Below are positions 36,061 through 49,375 of a stretch of DNA of 64,000 nt, in pieces. Below the pieces are notes generated by a model, which was given only the letters and a program-made list of their open reading frames with translations, did no database searches and was not told the DNA's origin. Within the stretch, counting starts at the first letter, position 1. Every line of letters starts with the position of its first letter. The position numbers were made by a program, and so were the translations under genes. Source of the DNA: Octopus vulgaris (Eukaryota); assembly GCA_951406725.2 (NCBI GenBank), contig OX597819.1, positions 55,366,001-55,430,000 on the forward strand, given 5' to 3'.

Positions 36061-36769
36061 ACCTACAAGGCAGAGGAGAATTGCAGTTTTGCTGCAGACA
36101 ACTTCTCTAGTGCCGGCAGCAGAATAAAATGCATTAAGTCTGTGCTGTAAAGTGGTTGATAATAGAAAGGGCATCCAGGAATGAAAAGAAACAAACATAC
36201 TAAAGGATATGACACATGCATCTACAACAATTGGAGCATTTCACCATTACTGTGTGCACTCAACAACAAAGGACTGTGACAAGTGGTATGACACTGAGGC
36301 CAGCCCAGTTCATAAAAAAAATTCACAGACAAATGAACATGATGATGATGATGATAATGATGAATGGCAGAGCAAATAATAAGAAACACAAACAGATTTT
36401 ATAGAATAGCCACTTTGACAACTTCAGCAATTTTCCTGCTTACAACATACCACCAACTCAGAGCATGTCGTTTCAAGTACTGAATATAGAAAGTTTACTG
36501 AGCATGTTTTTTGTCACATTTTGTCACAATGTAACCTAAAAGTTTTGTTACAGTTGTTTAGAAAACAAATAATAACACAGAAATGCTTTACAATTTGCAT
36601 TCAATGTTCAACACCTGTTGCAGTTTTAGAAAATAGGAATGAGTTTGCAAACACCTTCAATCTAATATCAAATGGAAGTTATATAGTGAATCTCTGTCTC
36701 ACGTACCTCTTCTTGTTCTGTTTAGTCCATTCCTGAGAATGGACTGAAGAGAACAAGTAGAAGCTATAT

Positions 36770-37148
36770 GGATGGAAGCACTCCGTCGGTTCCGACAATG
36801 AGGGTTCCGAATCAACGGAACAGCCTGCTCGTGAAATTAACGTGTAAGTGGCTGAGCACTCCACAGACACGTGTACCCTTAACGTAGTTCTCGGGGATAT
36901 TCAGCGTGACACAGAGAGTGACAAGGCCGGTCCTTTGAAATACAGGTACAACAGAAACAGGAAGTAAGAGTGAGAGAAAGTTGTGGTGAAAGAGTACAGC
37001 AGGGATCACCACCATCCCCTGCCGGAGCCTCGTGGAGCTTTAGGTGTTTTCGCTCAATAAACACTCACAACGCCCGGTCTGGGAATCGAAACCGCGATCC
37101 TGTGACCGCGAGTCTGCTGCCCTAACCACTGGGCCATTGCGCCTCCAC
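36770..37148 (-). mobile_element. tRNA-derived SINE family D, tail type 3 (young)
   Basis: CpG-intact head GGAGGCGCAATGGCCCAGTGG...GGTTTCGATTCCC; 11-bp TSD AGAAGCTATAT at 36759-36769 and 37149-37159. Confidence 0.88.
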
Positions 37149-37153
37149 AGAAG

Positions 37154-37194
<41 letters not shown>

Positions 37195-37195
<1 letters not shown>

Positions 37196-37741
37196 TCACC
37201 ATCATCATTATCATTTAAGATCTGTTGTCCATGTTGGCATGGCTTGGATGGTTTGACCAGGGCTGGTAAGCTGGAAGGCTGCACCAGACTCCAGTCTGAT
37301 TTGGCATAGTTTCTATGGCTGGATGCTCTTCCTAATGCCGACCACTCTAAGAGTGCAATAGGTGCTTTTATATGCCATCATCACAGATGCCATTTGCATG
37401 ACACCAGTATCGGCGACAACTGCAATTTTACTTGGCTTGATGGGTCTTTTTCTTAAGCATGACATAAAGCCATGGTCTTGGTCATCCGTCATTGCCTCCA
37501 TGAGGCCCAACACTCTAAAGGAGCTTTCCACATACCACCAGCATTGGTCACTTTGCCTCCGTGAGGCCCAATGCTCAAAAGGTGCTTTTTTACATGCCAG
37601 TTATGTGACACCAGCATTGGCCACGAGTATGATCTCACTTGGCTTGACGGGTCTTCTCAAGCACTGCATATTGCCAAAGGTCTCGGTCACTACTCATTGC
37701 CTCTGTGTGGTCCAAAGTTCAAAGCCCATGCTTCACCACCT

Positions 37742-37742
<1 letters not shown>
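37195..37742 (-). mobile_element. RTE LINE 3' fragment with reiterated ORF-end segment
   Basis: Terminal block plus three copies of the GLTEA-coding motif (TGCCTCC.TGAGGCCCAA); similar structure at 46960-47370. Confidence 0.7.
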
Positions 37743-37790
<48 letters not shown>

Positions 37791-38023
37791 TATATATATA
37801 ATATACATATATATATATATATATATATAATATACATATATATAATATACATATATATAATATACATATATATAATATACATATATATATATATAATATA
37901 CATATATATAATATACATATATATATATATATATAATATATATGTAGGTCCCGGGTTGATTCGGGGTTAACCACAGTAAATAAGGTACTCAATACATAGC
38001 AGAGTAAAATTAATTTATTATAT

Positions 38024-38123
38024 AGAAGGAGCTTCTACAGGACTAGAACTGTTTCATTCAAGAGAAATCTTCTCCTGAAGATTTCTCTTGAATGAAACAG
38101 TTCTAGTCCTGTAGAAGCTCCTT

Positions 38124-38125
<2 letters not shown>
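38024..38125. repeat. Perfect 49-bp inverted repeat with 4-nt loop
   Basis: Arms 38024-38072 and 38077-38125, loop TCCT. Confidence 0.95.
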
Positions 38126-38180
<55 letters not shown>

Positions 38181-38379
38181 CATATATATGACAGGGTGCT
38201 TTCAGTTTCTGCCCACCAAATCCACTCATAACACTTTGTTCAGCCCAGAGCTTAAAATATAAGACACTTGTGCAAGGTGTCACACAGTGGGACTGAACAA
38301 GACACCACATGGTTGGGAAACTTCTTAACCATACTGCCATACCTGCACCACTCTTTCTCTCTCTCCCTGTAAATAGAGA

Positions 38380-38657
38380 TTTGGGTTGGACGATTTGACC
38401 GAGGTCTGGCAAACCAGATGGCTGCACCAGACTCCAATTTGATCTGGCAGAGTTTCTACAGCTTGGTGCCTTTCCTAATGCCAACCACTCCGAGAGTGTA
38501 GTGGGTGCTTTTACGTGCCACCGGCATGAGGGCCAGTCTGGCAGTACTGGCAATGGCAATGCTCAAATGGTGCTTTTCATGTGCCACCTGCACAGGAGCC
38601 AGTCCAGCGGCACTGGCAGCGACCTCGCTTGAATGCTTTTTCACATGCCACTGACAC
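38380..38657 (-). mobile_element. RTE LINE 3'UTR fragment
   Basis: Terminal block plus modules; same subfamily as 43612-44240 and 53205-53662. Confidence 0.8.
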
Positions 38658-39764
38658 AAATATATATGTATGTATATATATATATACATGAGGCTGTCTG
38701 TAACCTTATAATAACATATGACTTAGGCACTTCTGAAATGCTATTATGAACAGGCTTCATATTGGTTTTAGGTTCTCAGAATCAAAATAAATTTTACGTG
38801 TTCAGCTATTTTCAATATATAAAGTCTGCATGTATGTGTGTTTGTGTGTGGGTGAGTTTCTGTGTATGTATGTATGTATGTCATGCCCATTCATATATGC
38901 AAATATATGTATATACTAACACACATATGCTTTCCTGTTTGTCAAGTGGGTGGTAACCTGCCATTTCCTTTTTTTATTTATTTATTTAGTTATTGTTTTT
39001 GTTATCCATTCAAGTGTGTCATATCAGTATTTAGCACCAATCAGCTTCATGTATGTTTCTAGAAAAGAATTTGTTCTTTATTATGTTCACACAAATATGC
39101 ATGCACACACACATACACACACACACACACTCTAATGTGGTTGGCATTGAGAAAGGCATCCAACCATAGAAACCATACCAAAGCAAACACCAGAGTATAA
39201 TGCAGTCCTTGGGCCCATCAGATCCTGTCAAACCTACAATCCATACCAGCATGGGATACGAACGTGTATGTGTAACTCTATTGCAAGACTGTTTCTGTCT
39301 CTCAATGCTATTCACCTGCCCCTCAGTTGAGGGGTCTTGCCTTGCAAGTTACTTGGTGACTTCACTACTACTGTTGCTAGTACCACATAAAAAGAGCCCA
39401 GTACACTCTGTAAAGTGGTTGGTACAAGGAAAGGCATCCAGCTGTAGAAACCATGCCAAAGCACACATGAGAACTTGGCACAGTCTTCTGACATGCCAGC
39501 ATGGGAAAAAGACATTAAATGATGATGATGATGATGATGATGATGAATAAATATATCAGTGTGTATGTGTCTTATGTGTCTTTCTAACAAAATTGTATCA
39601 ATCCATCTGGTCATATAATATCCATCTTTAAAACTGAACAGCAATCATAAGACAGCTGCTGAACATCAATCAAATGGGATATCACTGGCCACAGAGAGCC
39701 AGTTCTATTCTCTTCAATACGGTGCACTCAAAATTCCTCAACAGGAAAAAATTTTTAAATTGCT

Positions 39765-40002
39765 TACTCTTTTACTCTCTCTCTCTCTCTCTTTTACTTG
39801 TTCCAGTCATTTGATTGTGGCCATGCTGGAGCACTGCCTTTAGTCGAGCAAATCAACCTAGGACTTATTCTTTGTAAGCCTAATACTTATTCTATTGGTT
39901 TCTTTTGCTGAACCGCTAAGTTACAGGGACATAAACACACCAGCATCGGTTGACAAGCGATGTTGGGGAGACAAAAACAGACACACAAACATATACACAA
40001 AC

Positions 40003-40053
<51 letters not shown>

Positions 40054-40185
40054 TATGACGGGCTTCTTTCAGTTTCTGTCTACCAAATCCACTCACAAGG
40101 CTTCAGTCGGCCTGAGGTTATAGTAGAAGACAATTGCCCAAGATGCTACGCAGTGGGATTGAACCAGGAACCTTGTGGTTGCTTG
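39765..40185 (-). mobile_element. SINE family A
   Basis: Tail, body and B box; head truncated. Confidence 0.8.
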
Positions 40186-40221
40186 TTCATTCAATTCACA
40201 AATTATGTTCAAAGAGAGGGG

Positions 40222-40530
40222 GCACTCTGTCGGTTATGACGACAAAGGTTCCGCTTGATCCAATCAATGAAACAGCTTGCTCGTAAAATTAACATGCATG
40301 TGGCTGAGCACTCCAGAGACTTGTATACTCTTAATGTAGTTCTCAGGGAGATTCAGCATGACACAGAGTGTGACAAGGCTGGCCCTTTGAAATACAGGTA
40401 CTACCCATTTTTGCCAGCTGGATGGATTGGAGCAATGTGAAATAAAGTGTATTGCTCAAGGACACAATGTGTTGCCGGGAATTGAACTCACGACCTTAGG
40501 AATGTGAGCTGATTGCCCTAACTACAACGC
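40222..40530 (-). mobile_element. tRNA-derived SINE with CORE-like head and tail type 3
   Basis: 3' half matches 36780-36950; the 5' half (GAGTTCAATTCCC, CTTGAGCAATACACTTTATTTCAC) differs from the family D head. Confidence 0.7.
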
Positions 40531-40812
40531 CCTGCATACCTAATAATTAAAGTAAAGGTGTATGTCCCTTATATTAATAAATTGGACCAGCTAAATTCTA
40601 CAACAAAACCAGATGAATTGTATAAAAAAATAAGAAATACATATAGGTGCAGGCATGGCTGTGTGGTTAGAGGCTTGCTTCCCAACCATATGGTTCTGGA
40701 TTCAATCCCACTGTGTGGCACCTTGGGCAAGTGTCTTCTACTATAGTCTTGAGCCAGCCAAAGCCTTTTGAGTGGATTTGGTAGACAGAAACTGAAAGAA
40801 ACCTGTTGTGTG

Positions 40813-40852
<40 letters not shown>

Positions 40853-40856
<4 letters not shown>

Positions 40857-41280
40857 ACACAACACCACATCACATCACACCACGATGCACACACTAGCAC
40901 TGACCACTTCCCAGCCCCCACATCCGCACACCTACACATAGACACACGCACATGTCAAGGTCACCAGCCCTCTTCCACATGCACATACATACTAATACAC
41001 ACATATGCACACCTTTGTTTTGGGATTACCACTACTTTATTATCTCCCCTTCTCCCTAGTTCTCTTGTGTGACCCTTCTGTCCGGCCTTCGCCATGACAG
41101 ATCGCTAGCCACTACACATTCTTTATTTTCTCTCCTTGTTTCTTTCTGTATTCCTTTCTGTGGAAGAGTGCAGGCTCGAAATGTTAAAGACTTTTTCACT
41201 TCCCGAGCGTTAAACTAATACATGTTTGTTGTCTACACCACCTGTCTTTGTCTTTTGTTTTTTTGTGAATTCTTCCTATA
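40853..41280 (+). mobile_element. Penelope-like 3' fragment inserted in the (AT)n tract of a SINE A (40645-41480)
   Basis: Collinear with the reverse complement of 31666-32150; hammerhead-like motif at 41154-41189; (AT)n on both sides. Confidence 0.75.
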
Positions 41281-41807
41281 TATATATATATATATATGTG
41301 TGTGTATGTATGTATGTATGTATGCGTTTGTGTTTATCACCCCACCATCCCTTGACAAGTGATGTCGATGTGTTTATGTCCCTGTAACTTAGTGGTTTGG
41401 CAAAAGAGACCAATGGAATCAGTACTAGGCTTACAAAGAATAACAAGTCCTAGGATCAATTTGTTTGACTAAAGGTGGTGCTACAAACAACAAAACATCA
41501 AGAGTTTTTGTTTTTGGTGTAGCAGTTAAAGTGTGATTAGTTACTTTCTGGTTACTGACTTCTAATGTCATTCGTCCTCCAACTGTTCATTGCCTTTGTG
41601 GTATGAGCTACTGTCCTCTGACTTTGTTGATCAACTCCTACAACATCTGTCGATGCTTTCTCTGTCTAATGGTCATAACATATTGAATTCAAACTGCTTG
41701 GAGTGAAGCACACCAAAAAAAAAAAAATCATTGTTGGATCCTATTCAACACAATGTTGTTATTGGTCAGATTTTGTTGATCATGTGAGCAATATTCTAGT
41801 GAATCGC

Positions 41808-42230
41808 GAAGGTGGCAAGCTGACAGAAATGTTAGCATGCCGGGCAAAATGCTTAGTGGTGTATCGTCTGCCACTACGTTCTGAGTTCAAATTCCACCGA
41901 GGTTGACTTTGCCTTTCATCCTTTTGGTGTCGATTAAATAAGTCCCAGTTACACACTGGGGTCGATATAATTGACTTAATCCATTTGTCTGTCCTTGTTT
42001 GTAGCCCCTTGTGGGCAGTAAAGAAATAAGAAATGTTAGCACGCTGGGCAAAATGCTTAGTGGTTTTTCCTGTCTTTACGTTCTGAGTTCAAATTCCGTC
42101 GATGTTGATTTTGCCTTTCATCCTTTCGGGGTCAATAAATTAAGTACCAGTTGCGTACTGGGGTCGATCTAATCAACTGGCCTCCTCCTCCCAAAATTTC
42201 AGGACTTGTGCCTAGAATAGAAAAGAATAT
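41808..42230 (+). mobile_element. Two tandem family C SINEs with different tails
   Basis: First ends ...CCCCTTGTGGGCAGTAAAGAAATAAGAAA; second ends ...CAGGACTTGTGCCTAGAATAGAAAAG. Confidence 0.8.
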
Positions 42231-42925
42231 TCTTGCGAATCGTGATATTGGGCAATTGCTGAATATTCCTGCAACACATGTATGTGTGTGTTGTGGTGGT
42301 GGTGGTGGTTTTGGTGAGTGCTGGGGTAGGTAGGTAGGTGGGTATGGAAGTATGTATGCATTCATGCATGCATGCATATAAAAATGTCCACAGATGTGGC
42401 TTCGGTTAAAAAAAAAAGGAACAAATCCCTTTATGAGAGTTCAAAACCCTTGCAACTACTGCTTGCCACTTGGTGGCAGGCAGTAGATTTTTCACTATCA
42501 AAATAACAAATATAAACATTTTTCTACTGGATAAGTTTATCTATTTGGTCTCCTTTCATATCCCATGAGAATCACAAAGAATTCAGCAGCTACTAAATCA
42601 CTAACAGATAGTTAGCTCTTAACATTGTTTATAGTATTACACTAATAACAACTTCTCTATTTGACTTAGAATATCCCTAGAGAATTAAATGCTAAAACAT
42701 GTACAGCTGAGATTTTTAAAATATAAATTACACACACACACACACACACACACATGTATATACATTGATATATTTAAGATGGCTGTATGATAAGATGTTT
42801 GCTTCCCAACCAAATGGCTTCAGGTTCAGTCCTACTGCATGGCACCTTGGGCAGGTGTCATCTACAATAGCACCAGGCCAACAAAAGCCTTGTGAGTGGA
42901 TTTGGTAGATAGAAACTGAAATAAG

Positions 42926-42962
<37 letters not shown>

Positions 42963-43611
42963 GTGTGCATGCACGCATGAATATGTTGTTGTCTCTTTGC
43001 ACTGGCTTTGTGTGATTGCTGTAAACAAGTATCACTGTCATGCAAGCAGTGTCCATTTCCAATCTTCTATGAAGACATGTCTGGCCATAAAAAATATTCT
43101 TTTGTACTCTAGGCACAAAGCCCGAAATTTTTTGGGAGGGAGCCAGTTGATTAGATTGACCCCAGTACGCAACAGGTACTTAATTTATTGACCCTGGAAG
43201 GATGAAAGGGAAAGTTGACCCCGGCGGAATTTGAACTCAGAATGTAAAGAAGATGAAATAGCGTTAAGCATTTTGCCCGGCGTGCTAACGTTTCTGCCAG
43301 CTTGCCATCTTTGTTCATAAAAAAATATTGCCTTGGTACCAGGTGAGGTTTGGCAACAGGAAAGGCATCCAGTCATAGAGAGTCTGCCTCAACAAATTTG
43401 TGCAATTCAAATAAACTTGGAAAGTGGATGTTAAAATAATGATGATGTAATGATGATGGTGATGATGATGATATACATTACATAAACACAGACACATTAA
43501 AATAGCATTAGTGTTGCTGTTGTTGTTAATAATATCGATGATAATATTCAGCACAAGGTCACATGTTTGTAAGAGAGGTGTATAATTGATTATATTACAT
43601 ATTAATATAAA

Positions 43612-44240
43612 TCATCATCATCATCATCATCATCATTTAACGTCTGCTTTCCATACTAGCATGAGTTGGACGATTTGACTGAGGACTGGCGAACCAGATG
43701 GCTGCACCAGGCTCCAATCTTGATCTGGCAGAGTTTCTACAGCTGGATGCCCTTCCAAACGCCAACCACTCTGAGAGTGTAGTAGGTGCTTTTACGTGTC
43801 ACCGGAACGAGGGCCAGTCAAGTGGTACTGGCAATGACCATGCTCAAATGGTGTTTTTTACGTGCCACCTGTACAGGAGCCAGTCCAGCGGCACTGGCAA
43901 TGACCTCGCTCGAATGTTTTTCATGTGCCACCAACACAAGTGTCAGTAAGGTGATGCAGGTAACGATCACACTCGAATGGGTTTTTTATGTGCCACCAGC
44001 ACAGAAGCCCGTTAGCTACTCTGGCAACGATTGCGCTCGGATGGTGCTCTTAGCACTCCACTAGCATGGATGCCATTCATCAAATTTGATTTCGATTTCA
44101 CTTGCCTCAACAGGTCTTCACAAGCAGAGTTTAGTGTCCAATGAAGGAAAGGTACACATAAGTGGGCTGGTTACACCCTTGGCATAGGCCACGAGGTTAT
44201 GGTCCCACTTGGCTTGCCGGATCATCTCAAGTACAGCATA
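43612..44240 (-). mobile_element. RTE LINE 3'UTR fragment (4-5 modules)
   Basis: (GAT)n tail, terminal block and repeated GTGGCAC...AAAA...CACC modules. Confidence 0.85.
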
Positions 44241-44958
44241 AATATGAATAAATAAAATTCCAGTACATATTTGTAATTAACCATTACCATATTTTCATAA
44301 TGTGCTAAACCTAATCAGGAAGCCTACAGCAAGAACTGACAATTAGAATTCTTAAAATCAAATGCAGCTTGTATTAATTAATTTTTAAAAGGCTAACCTT
44401 GAACTAGTTAGCTGAAAAGTTATTAAAGGAAGAGATAAACCATGTGAAAGAAATTCAACAGGAAACTGTCCTATTAAGTATCGATGCAAATTAAATTTAT
44501 CTTGATTGTATTCCCCAAAGAAAAAGACAAATTTCTGTTTCCTTTTAGTTTTTCTGTGGTTCCTTTAGCCAAGTATAAGTTTAGTTGAAATTAAAAATTA
44601 TAAATTATGACTAATGAAGTAATAAAAAAAAAAAAAACGAAATAGTTTGCAAATTTTTGTTATATTTCTTCTTTTTATTTTGGTAGTGGTGATAGGAAAA
44701 GATGGTAAGATGATGACTTCCAAGTTGCTACTAACTACTCCTTCAATCCCTATAAGTAGCACAGTTGGATGAGCATGGCTGCAGGCACCCTCTAAAAATC
44801 CTGTGCATGCTAGGAAACTCATCATGAATTGTTGGAGAAGAGGATGTAAGATTAAATGCCAATTGACCGAGGCTTTATCCCCAGTGGTATCAGGCCCTGT
44901 ATACTATGTGGCAGCAGACTTCTGCTGGGAAACATTTTTTTTACCCATAGCCTCAGGA

Positions 44959-45260
44959 GTGGAGGCACATGGCCTAGTGGTTAGAGCAGCGGACTCGTGG
45001 TCGAGGGATCGTGGGCTCGAATCTCAGACTGGGTGATGTGTGTTTATGAGCGAAACACCTAAGCTCCATGTGACTCTGGCAGAAGGTAATGGAGAACTTC
45101 TGCTGACTCTTTCACCACAACTTTCTCTCACTCTTTCCTCCTGCATCTTGCAGTTCACCCGCAACAGACTGGTGTCCCAATCAGGTGGGGAACCTATACA
45201 CCAAGGAAACCGAGAAACCGGCCCTAATGAGCCAGGCATGGCTCAAGAAGGAACAAACAA
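44959..45260 (+). mobile_element. tRNA-derived SINE family D, tail type 2
   Basis: Full copy with a ~12-bp TSD ATAGCCTCA(G/A)GA. Confidence 0.85.
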
Positions 45261-45717
45261 ATAGCCTCAAGAACTTCTACATGGTTATTTGACCTGCCAA
45301 AAATAGTACCCAAATTTCCTTCAAATTACACTTAACTGTATTAGAATAGGAATTCAATAATATAGCCCTAGATATAAGGAAAAGGATTTTCATGGTTCGA
45401 AAAGCTGATTATAATTCCATTTGATTAGGGTTGATTTGGGACTAAACAACAAGTACAATGAACAATGACCCTGAATAAGGGTAGACCTAGCAGGAAGTGG
45501 CATGTCAAGGTTAGACAAACCCATAGCCAACTGGATGTATTGAAAATTTTCAGCTCTTCTGAAAACATGAAATAAAGCTTGCGGAGAAAACATAGGTCTG
45601 AATTCAGTTTACAGTAGGAAATTGTACTTCATTAATAATCTCACTACTGGTGGTTGGTTCAATAATGTTGATGATGATGATGATAATTTTCTTATGTTTT
45701 CTTTTGTACTCAGTTTT

Positions 45718-45892
45718 CTTTTCTTTTCCACGCTCAGAGTTGCTGAAGCATGGAATAAACTGCCTGCGTCAGTTGTTGACTGCCATGACACTGCATCTTT
45801 TAAGGCCCTCATGCTTTCCGAAATCCGCCGAAACTACACCTGATTATATATACACTTTAGATGAGTTGTAGTGCACCTGAGCACTGTACACA

Positions 45893-45925
<33 letters not shown>
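45718..45925 (+). mobile_element. CR1-clade LINE 3' fragment with (ATT)n tail
   Basis: FFSTLRVAEAWNKLPASVVDCHDTASFKALML followed by a short UTR and (ATT)n. Confidence 0.75.
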
Positions 45926-45927
<2 letters not shown>

Positions 45928-46325
45928 ACATTCTCTAGAACAATACTATGTGCAAAATCAAATATATGACACCCTGGGGCATTTCTAACTTGTTGTCTCT
46001 TGAGGTCTCTGGGTGAGACATGAAGCCAACATGTACAAATACAAAGCAAAAGTCAACCATAATAATAATAATAATAATAAAAAAATTTAAAAAATATTCA
46101 GACAAATACATAACAAAAACACCAGGACTTACAAACACATATAGCATACAGAAAATTGCACTACTAGGCACTGCACACATCCTACGCAGAACACTTTCCA
46201 TAGAATAACCATCAGAGCATCACAACAAATCACAGCACATACCCAAGGCGCACAGAGCTGCGCTCGGTAGTGAAGTGAAAGCACGCTATAAAAATAAAAC
46301 TACTGAATAATAATAATAATAATAA
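45926..46325 (+). mobile_element. Two R4/Dong-like RLE LINE 3' ends in (TAA)n
   Basis: 46085-46208 encodes IQKIALLGTAHILRRTLS; both pieces (45926-46080 and 46081-46325) end in (TAA)n. Confidence 0.65.
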
Positions 46326-46542
46326 TCTTTTCTACTAAAGGAACAAAGCCTGAAATTTTGTGGGAGGAGACTAGTTGATTACACTGACTCCAGTGTATCA
46401 CTGATACTTATTTTGTTGAACCTGCGAGTATGAAAGGCAAATTTGACCTTGGTGGAATTTGAAATCAGAACATGAAGACGGACAAAATACCACTAAGCAT
46501 TTCACCTAGCACGCTAATGATTCTGCCAGCTCGGCCACCTTA

Positions 46543-46579
<37 letters not shown>

Positions 46580-46864
46580 TATATATATATATATATAGTC
46601 ATATATGAATATATTCATATTAATTGAAACTCTCAAGTAGGCGTTGTTGACCTCAAGCTGTTGATTTGCTTTCTGAGTCATGCAATCGTGTAACAAATTA
46701 TTACAAAGGAGACACTCTGTAGATGTTTTGAAAATCAAAACTACTGTTGTTACTAATACAGCTAGCAAACTTCATTAGACACTCAACCTTAATCTATAAA
46801 ACTTACTCAAATAAAAATTTCAATCCACCCCAAATTTCAAAGCAACCCCTTTCATTCTCATAAA

Positions 46865-46952
46865 GAAACAGATTCTTCAGGATTGAGAAACAGATTTTAT
46901 AGGATTTAAGAAACAGATTTTACAGGACTTGAGAAACAGGATTTTACAGGAC
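46865..46952. repeat. ~22-bp minisatellite x4
   Basis: GAAACAGATTTTACAGGACTT-type units. Confidence 0.8.
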
Positions 46953-47417
46953 AATTATCTGTCCATACTGGCATAAGTAGGAAGGTCTGATCAGGGCTGG
47001 TAATCTGGGGGGGGGGGGTCTGTGCCAGACTCCAGGCTGATTTGGTATGGTTATATTTTCTACAGCTGGATGCCTTTCCCAAAGCCAACCACTCCAAGAG
47101 CATAATGGGTGTTTTTTGCGTGCCACTGGTAAGGGCACCAGTTGTGTGACACCAGTATCTGCCATGACTGTGATTTTACTTGGCTTGATGCATCTTCTTC
47201 TCAAGCACAGCATATTGCAAAAGGTCTCAGTCATTTGTCAGTGCTTCCATGAGGCCCAACACTCGAAAGGTGCTTTTTATGTGCTATTGGCACAGGTGCG
47301 AGTTATTCAACACTGGCATCGGCCACATTGCCTCCTTGAAGCCCAAATCTAAAGTGCTTTTTACATGCCACCACCTTTCCTCTCTCTGTTTTTCACCATT
47401 CTTTTTTCTTTCCTTTC

Positions 47418-47453
47418 TTTTCTGATGAAAGACTAGTGTCTGAAACATTAAGA
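47418..47453 (+). ncRNA. Minimal type-I hammerhead ribozyme motif (PLE-type)
   Basis: TTTT-CTGATGA-A-AGAC(TAGT)GTCT-GAAAC-ATT-AAGA; homologous flanks and motif at 62836-62871. Confidence 0.65.
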
Positions 47454-47530
47454 CTCTTACCCTTCCTTTCGAGTGTCAAACTAAAACAACCTTTGTTAAA
47501 ACTGGTCCCTTTAGATTTGTCTTCTTTTTA

Positions 47531-47569
<39 letters not shown>

Positions 47570-47809
47570 CAATTCAAAAAACAGTGATAAAGAAAAAACA
47601 AACGTCTAGATGTAGCCCAAGCAATATATTAATAAGGCACAGAGTAGAAAAAGAGAAGTTTATGTTACAAGCACAGCTCTTCTTCGGAAACAGGAAGAAA
47701 CAGGAAAATCCAAGATGAAGGAGGTAAAATAATTGCCAACAATCACATGTGGTTACATTTTTGTAACATATATAACATATGTATGTATATATATATATAT
47801 ATATATACA

Positions 47810-48117
47810 AACACGTAACAAACACCATACGATCGTGGCCGTTCGCCAGCCTCATCTGGCACCTGTGTCAGTGGCACATAAAAAAAAACACCATCCGAGC
47901 GTGGCCGTTCGCCAGCCTCGTCTGGCACCTGTGTCGGTGGCACATAAAATCACCCACTACACTCTCGGAGTGGTTGGCGTTAGGAAGGGCATTCAGCTGT
48001 AGAAACACTGCCAGATCTGACTGGCCTGGTGCAGCCTTCGGGCTCCCCAGACCCCAGTTGAACCGTCCAACCCATGCTAGCATGGAAAGCGGACGTTAAA
48101 TGATGATGATGATGATG

Positions 48118-48118
<1 letters not shown>
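47810..48118 (+). mobile_element. RTE LINE 3'UTR fragment in (AT)n
   Basis: Two near-identical ~63-bp modules, the terminal block and (GAT)n. Confidence 0.88.
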
Positions 48119-48188
<70 letters not shown>

Positions 48189-48242
48189 TATATATACATA
48201 TATATATACATATATATATATACATATATGTTATATATATGC

Positions 48243-48275
<33 letters not shown>

Positions 48276-49317
48276 TACACATATATATACATATGTGAGT
48301 GCTAATTTGCAGTGTTAGCCATTATATACATGTGTAAATAATATGAATTGTTAACTAACATTTCAATGATAAACATGATATTTGTTACAAAGGTTTTAGT
48401 AACTATGAATCAAGTACAACAGAGTAAGAATATTCAATAATTATAACACATGATATATAACTATATATCATCATCATCATCAACATCATCATTGTTTAAT
48501 ATCCATCTTCCATACCGGCATATATATATATGTACACACAGACATACATTACATAACTAAAAGAATTTGCAGCATGGTCTATTTACAATATATATGTTTA
48601 TGAAAATATAAAGCAATAAAAAAGAAATGACTGAGGAAATTGATTTACAAAACAAGCAACGATGGTAGAAGGATTGTTGGACAAGAGTGTAGTAGTGGTG
48701 GTGGTGGTGGTAGTAGTAGTAGTAGTAGGAGGAGGAGGAGGAGGATACAATACCATTTCTTTGAATAAGAAATTCTTTGGATGATAAATGCAGACAAATA
48801 AAAATAAAAAATAAACAAAAATACAAAAATATTTAAAAAACAAAAACAAAAAAAAAAATGATAAAACGCTGCATTCAGTATGGTAAATGCCTGATGTCTG
48901 CTCTAAACACGACGAAAGTATTATGTTATATTTTACAGTCTTAACAATTCTGAGAGTAATTCCACAGCTTTTGATGTCCAGTATGGATCTCTGTAAACAT
49001 CTATCATTGTTATTAATCTATCAGTTTTCTGAGATTATTCTGCATTGCTGCTTCAAAGCTGGTATTTATACTTTCACAACAACTGGAAAAAGCAGTGTTT
49101 ACTTCCCATCAAAACACTCCATTAATAAGGAAAAAAGGGGGCTTGGAATATGCAGAACATAATATAAATAAATATCAGGATTGTTTAATTCTCGTTTTAA
49201 TGTTTGCTTCTCTATCATGCGATGGGTTGGGAGTCTGCAATACATCTCATGCAACATCTTATGTATTTTGTCATTTGTCTCAGTCACTGGAAGCAATTAA
49301 TCAAATATATCAACTCC

Positions 49318-49375
<58 letters not shown>

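Noticed and set aside
42462-42482. CTCF-like motif TGCCACTTGGTGGCAG
   Set aside because: Mismatch at a core position on either strand and a single isolated occurrence.
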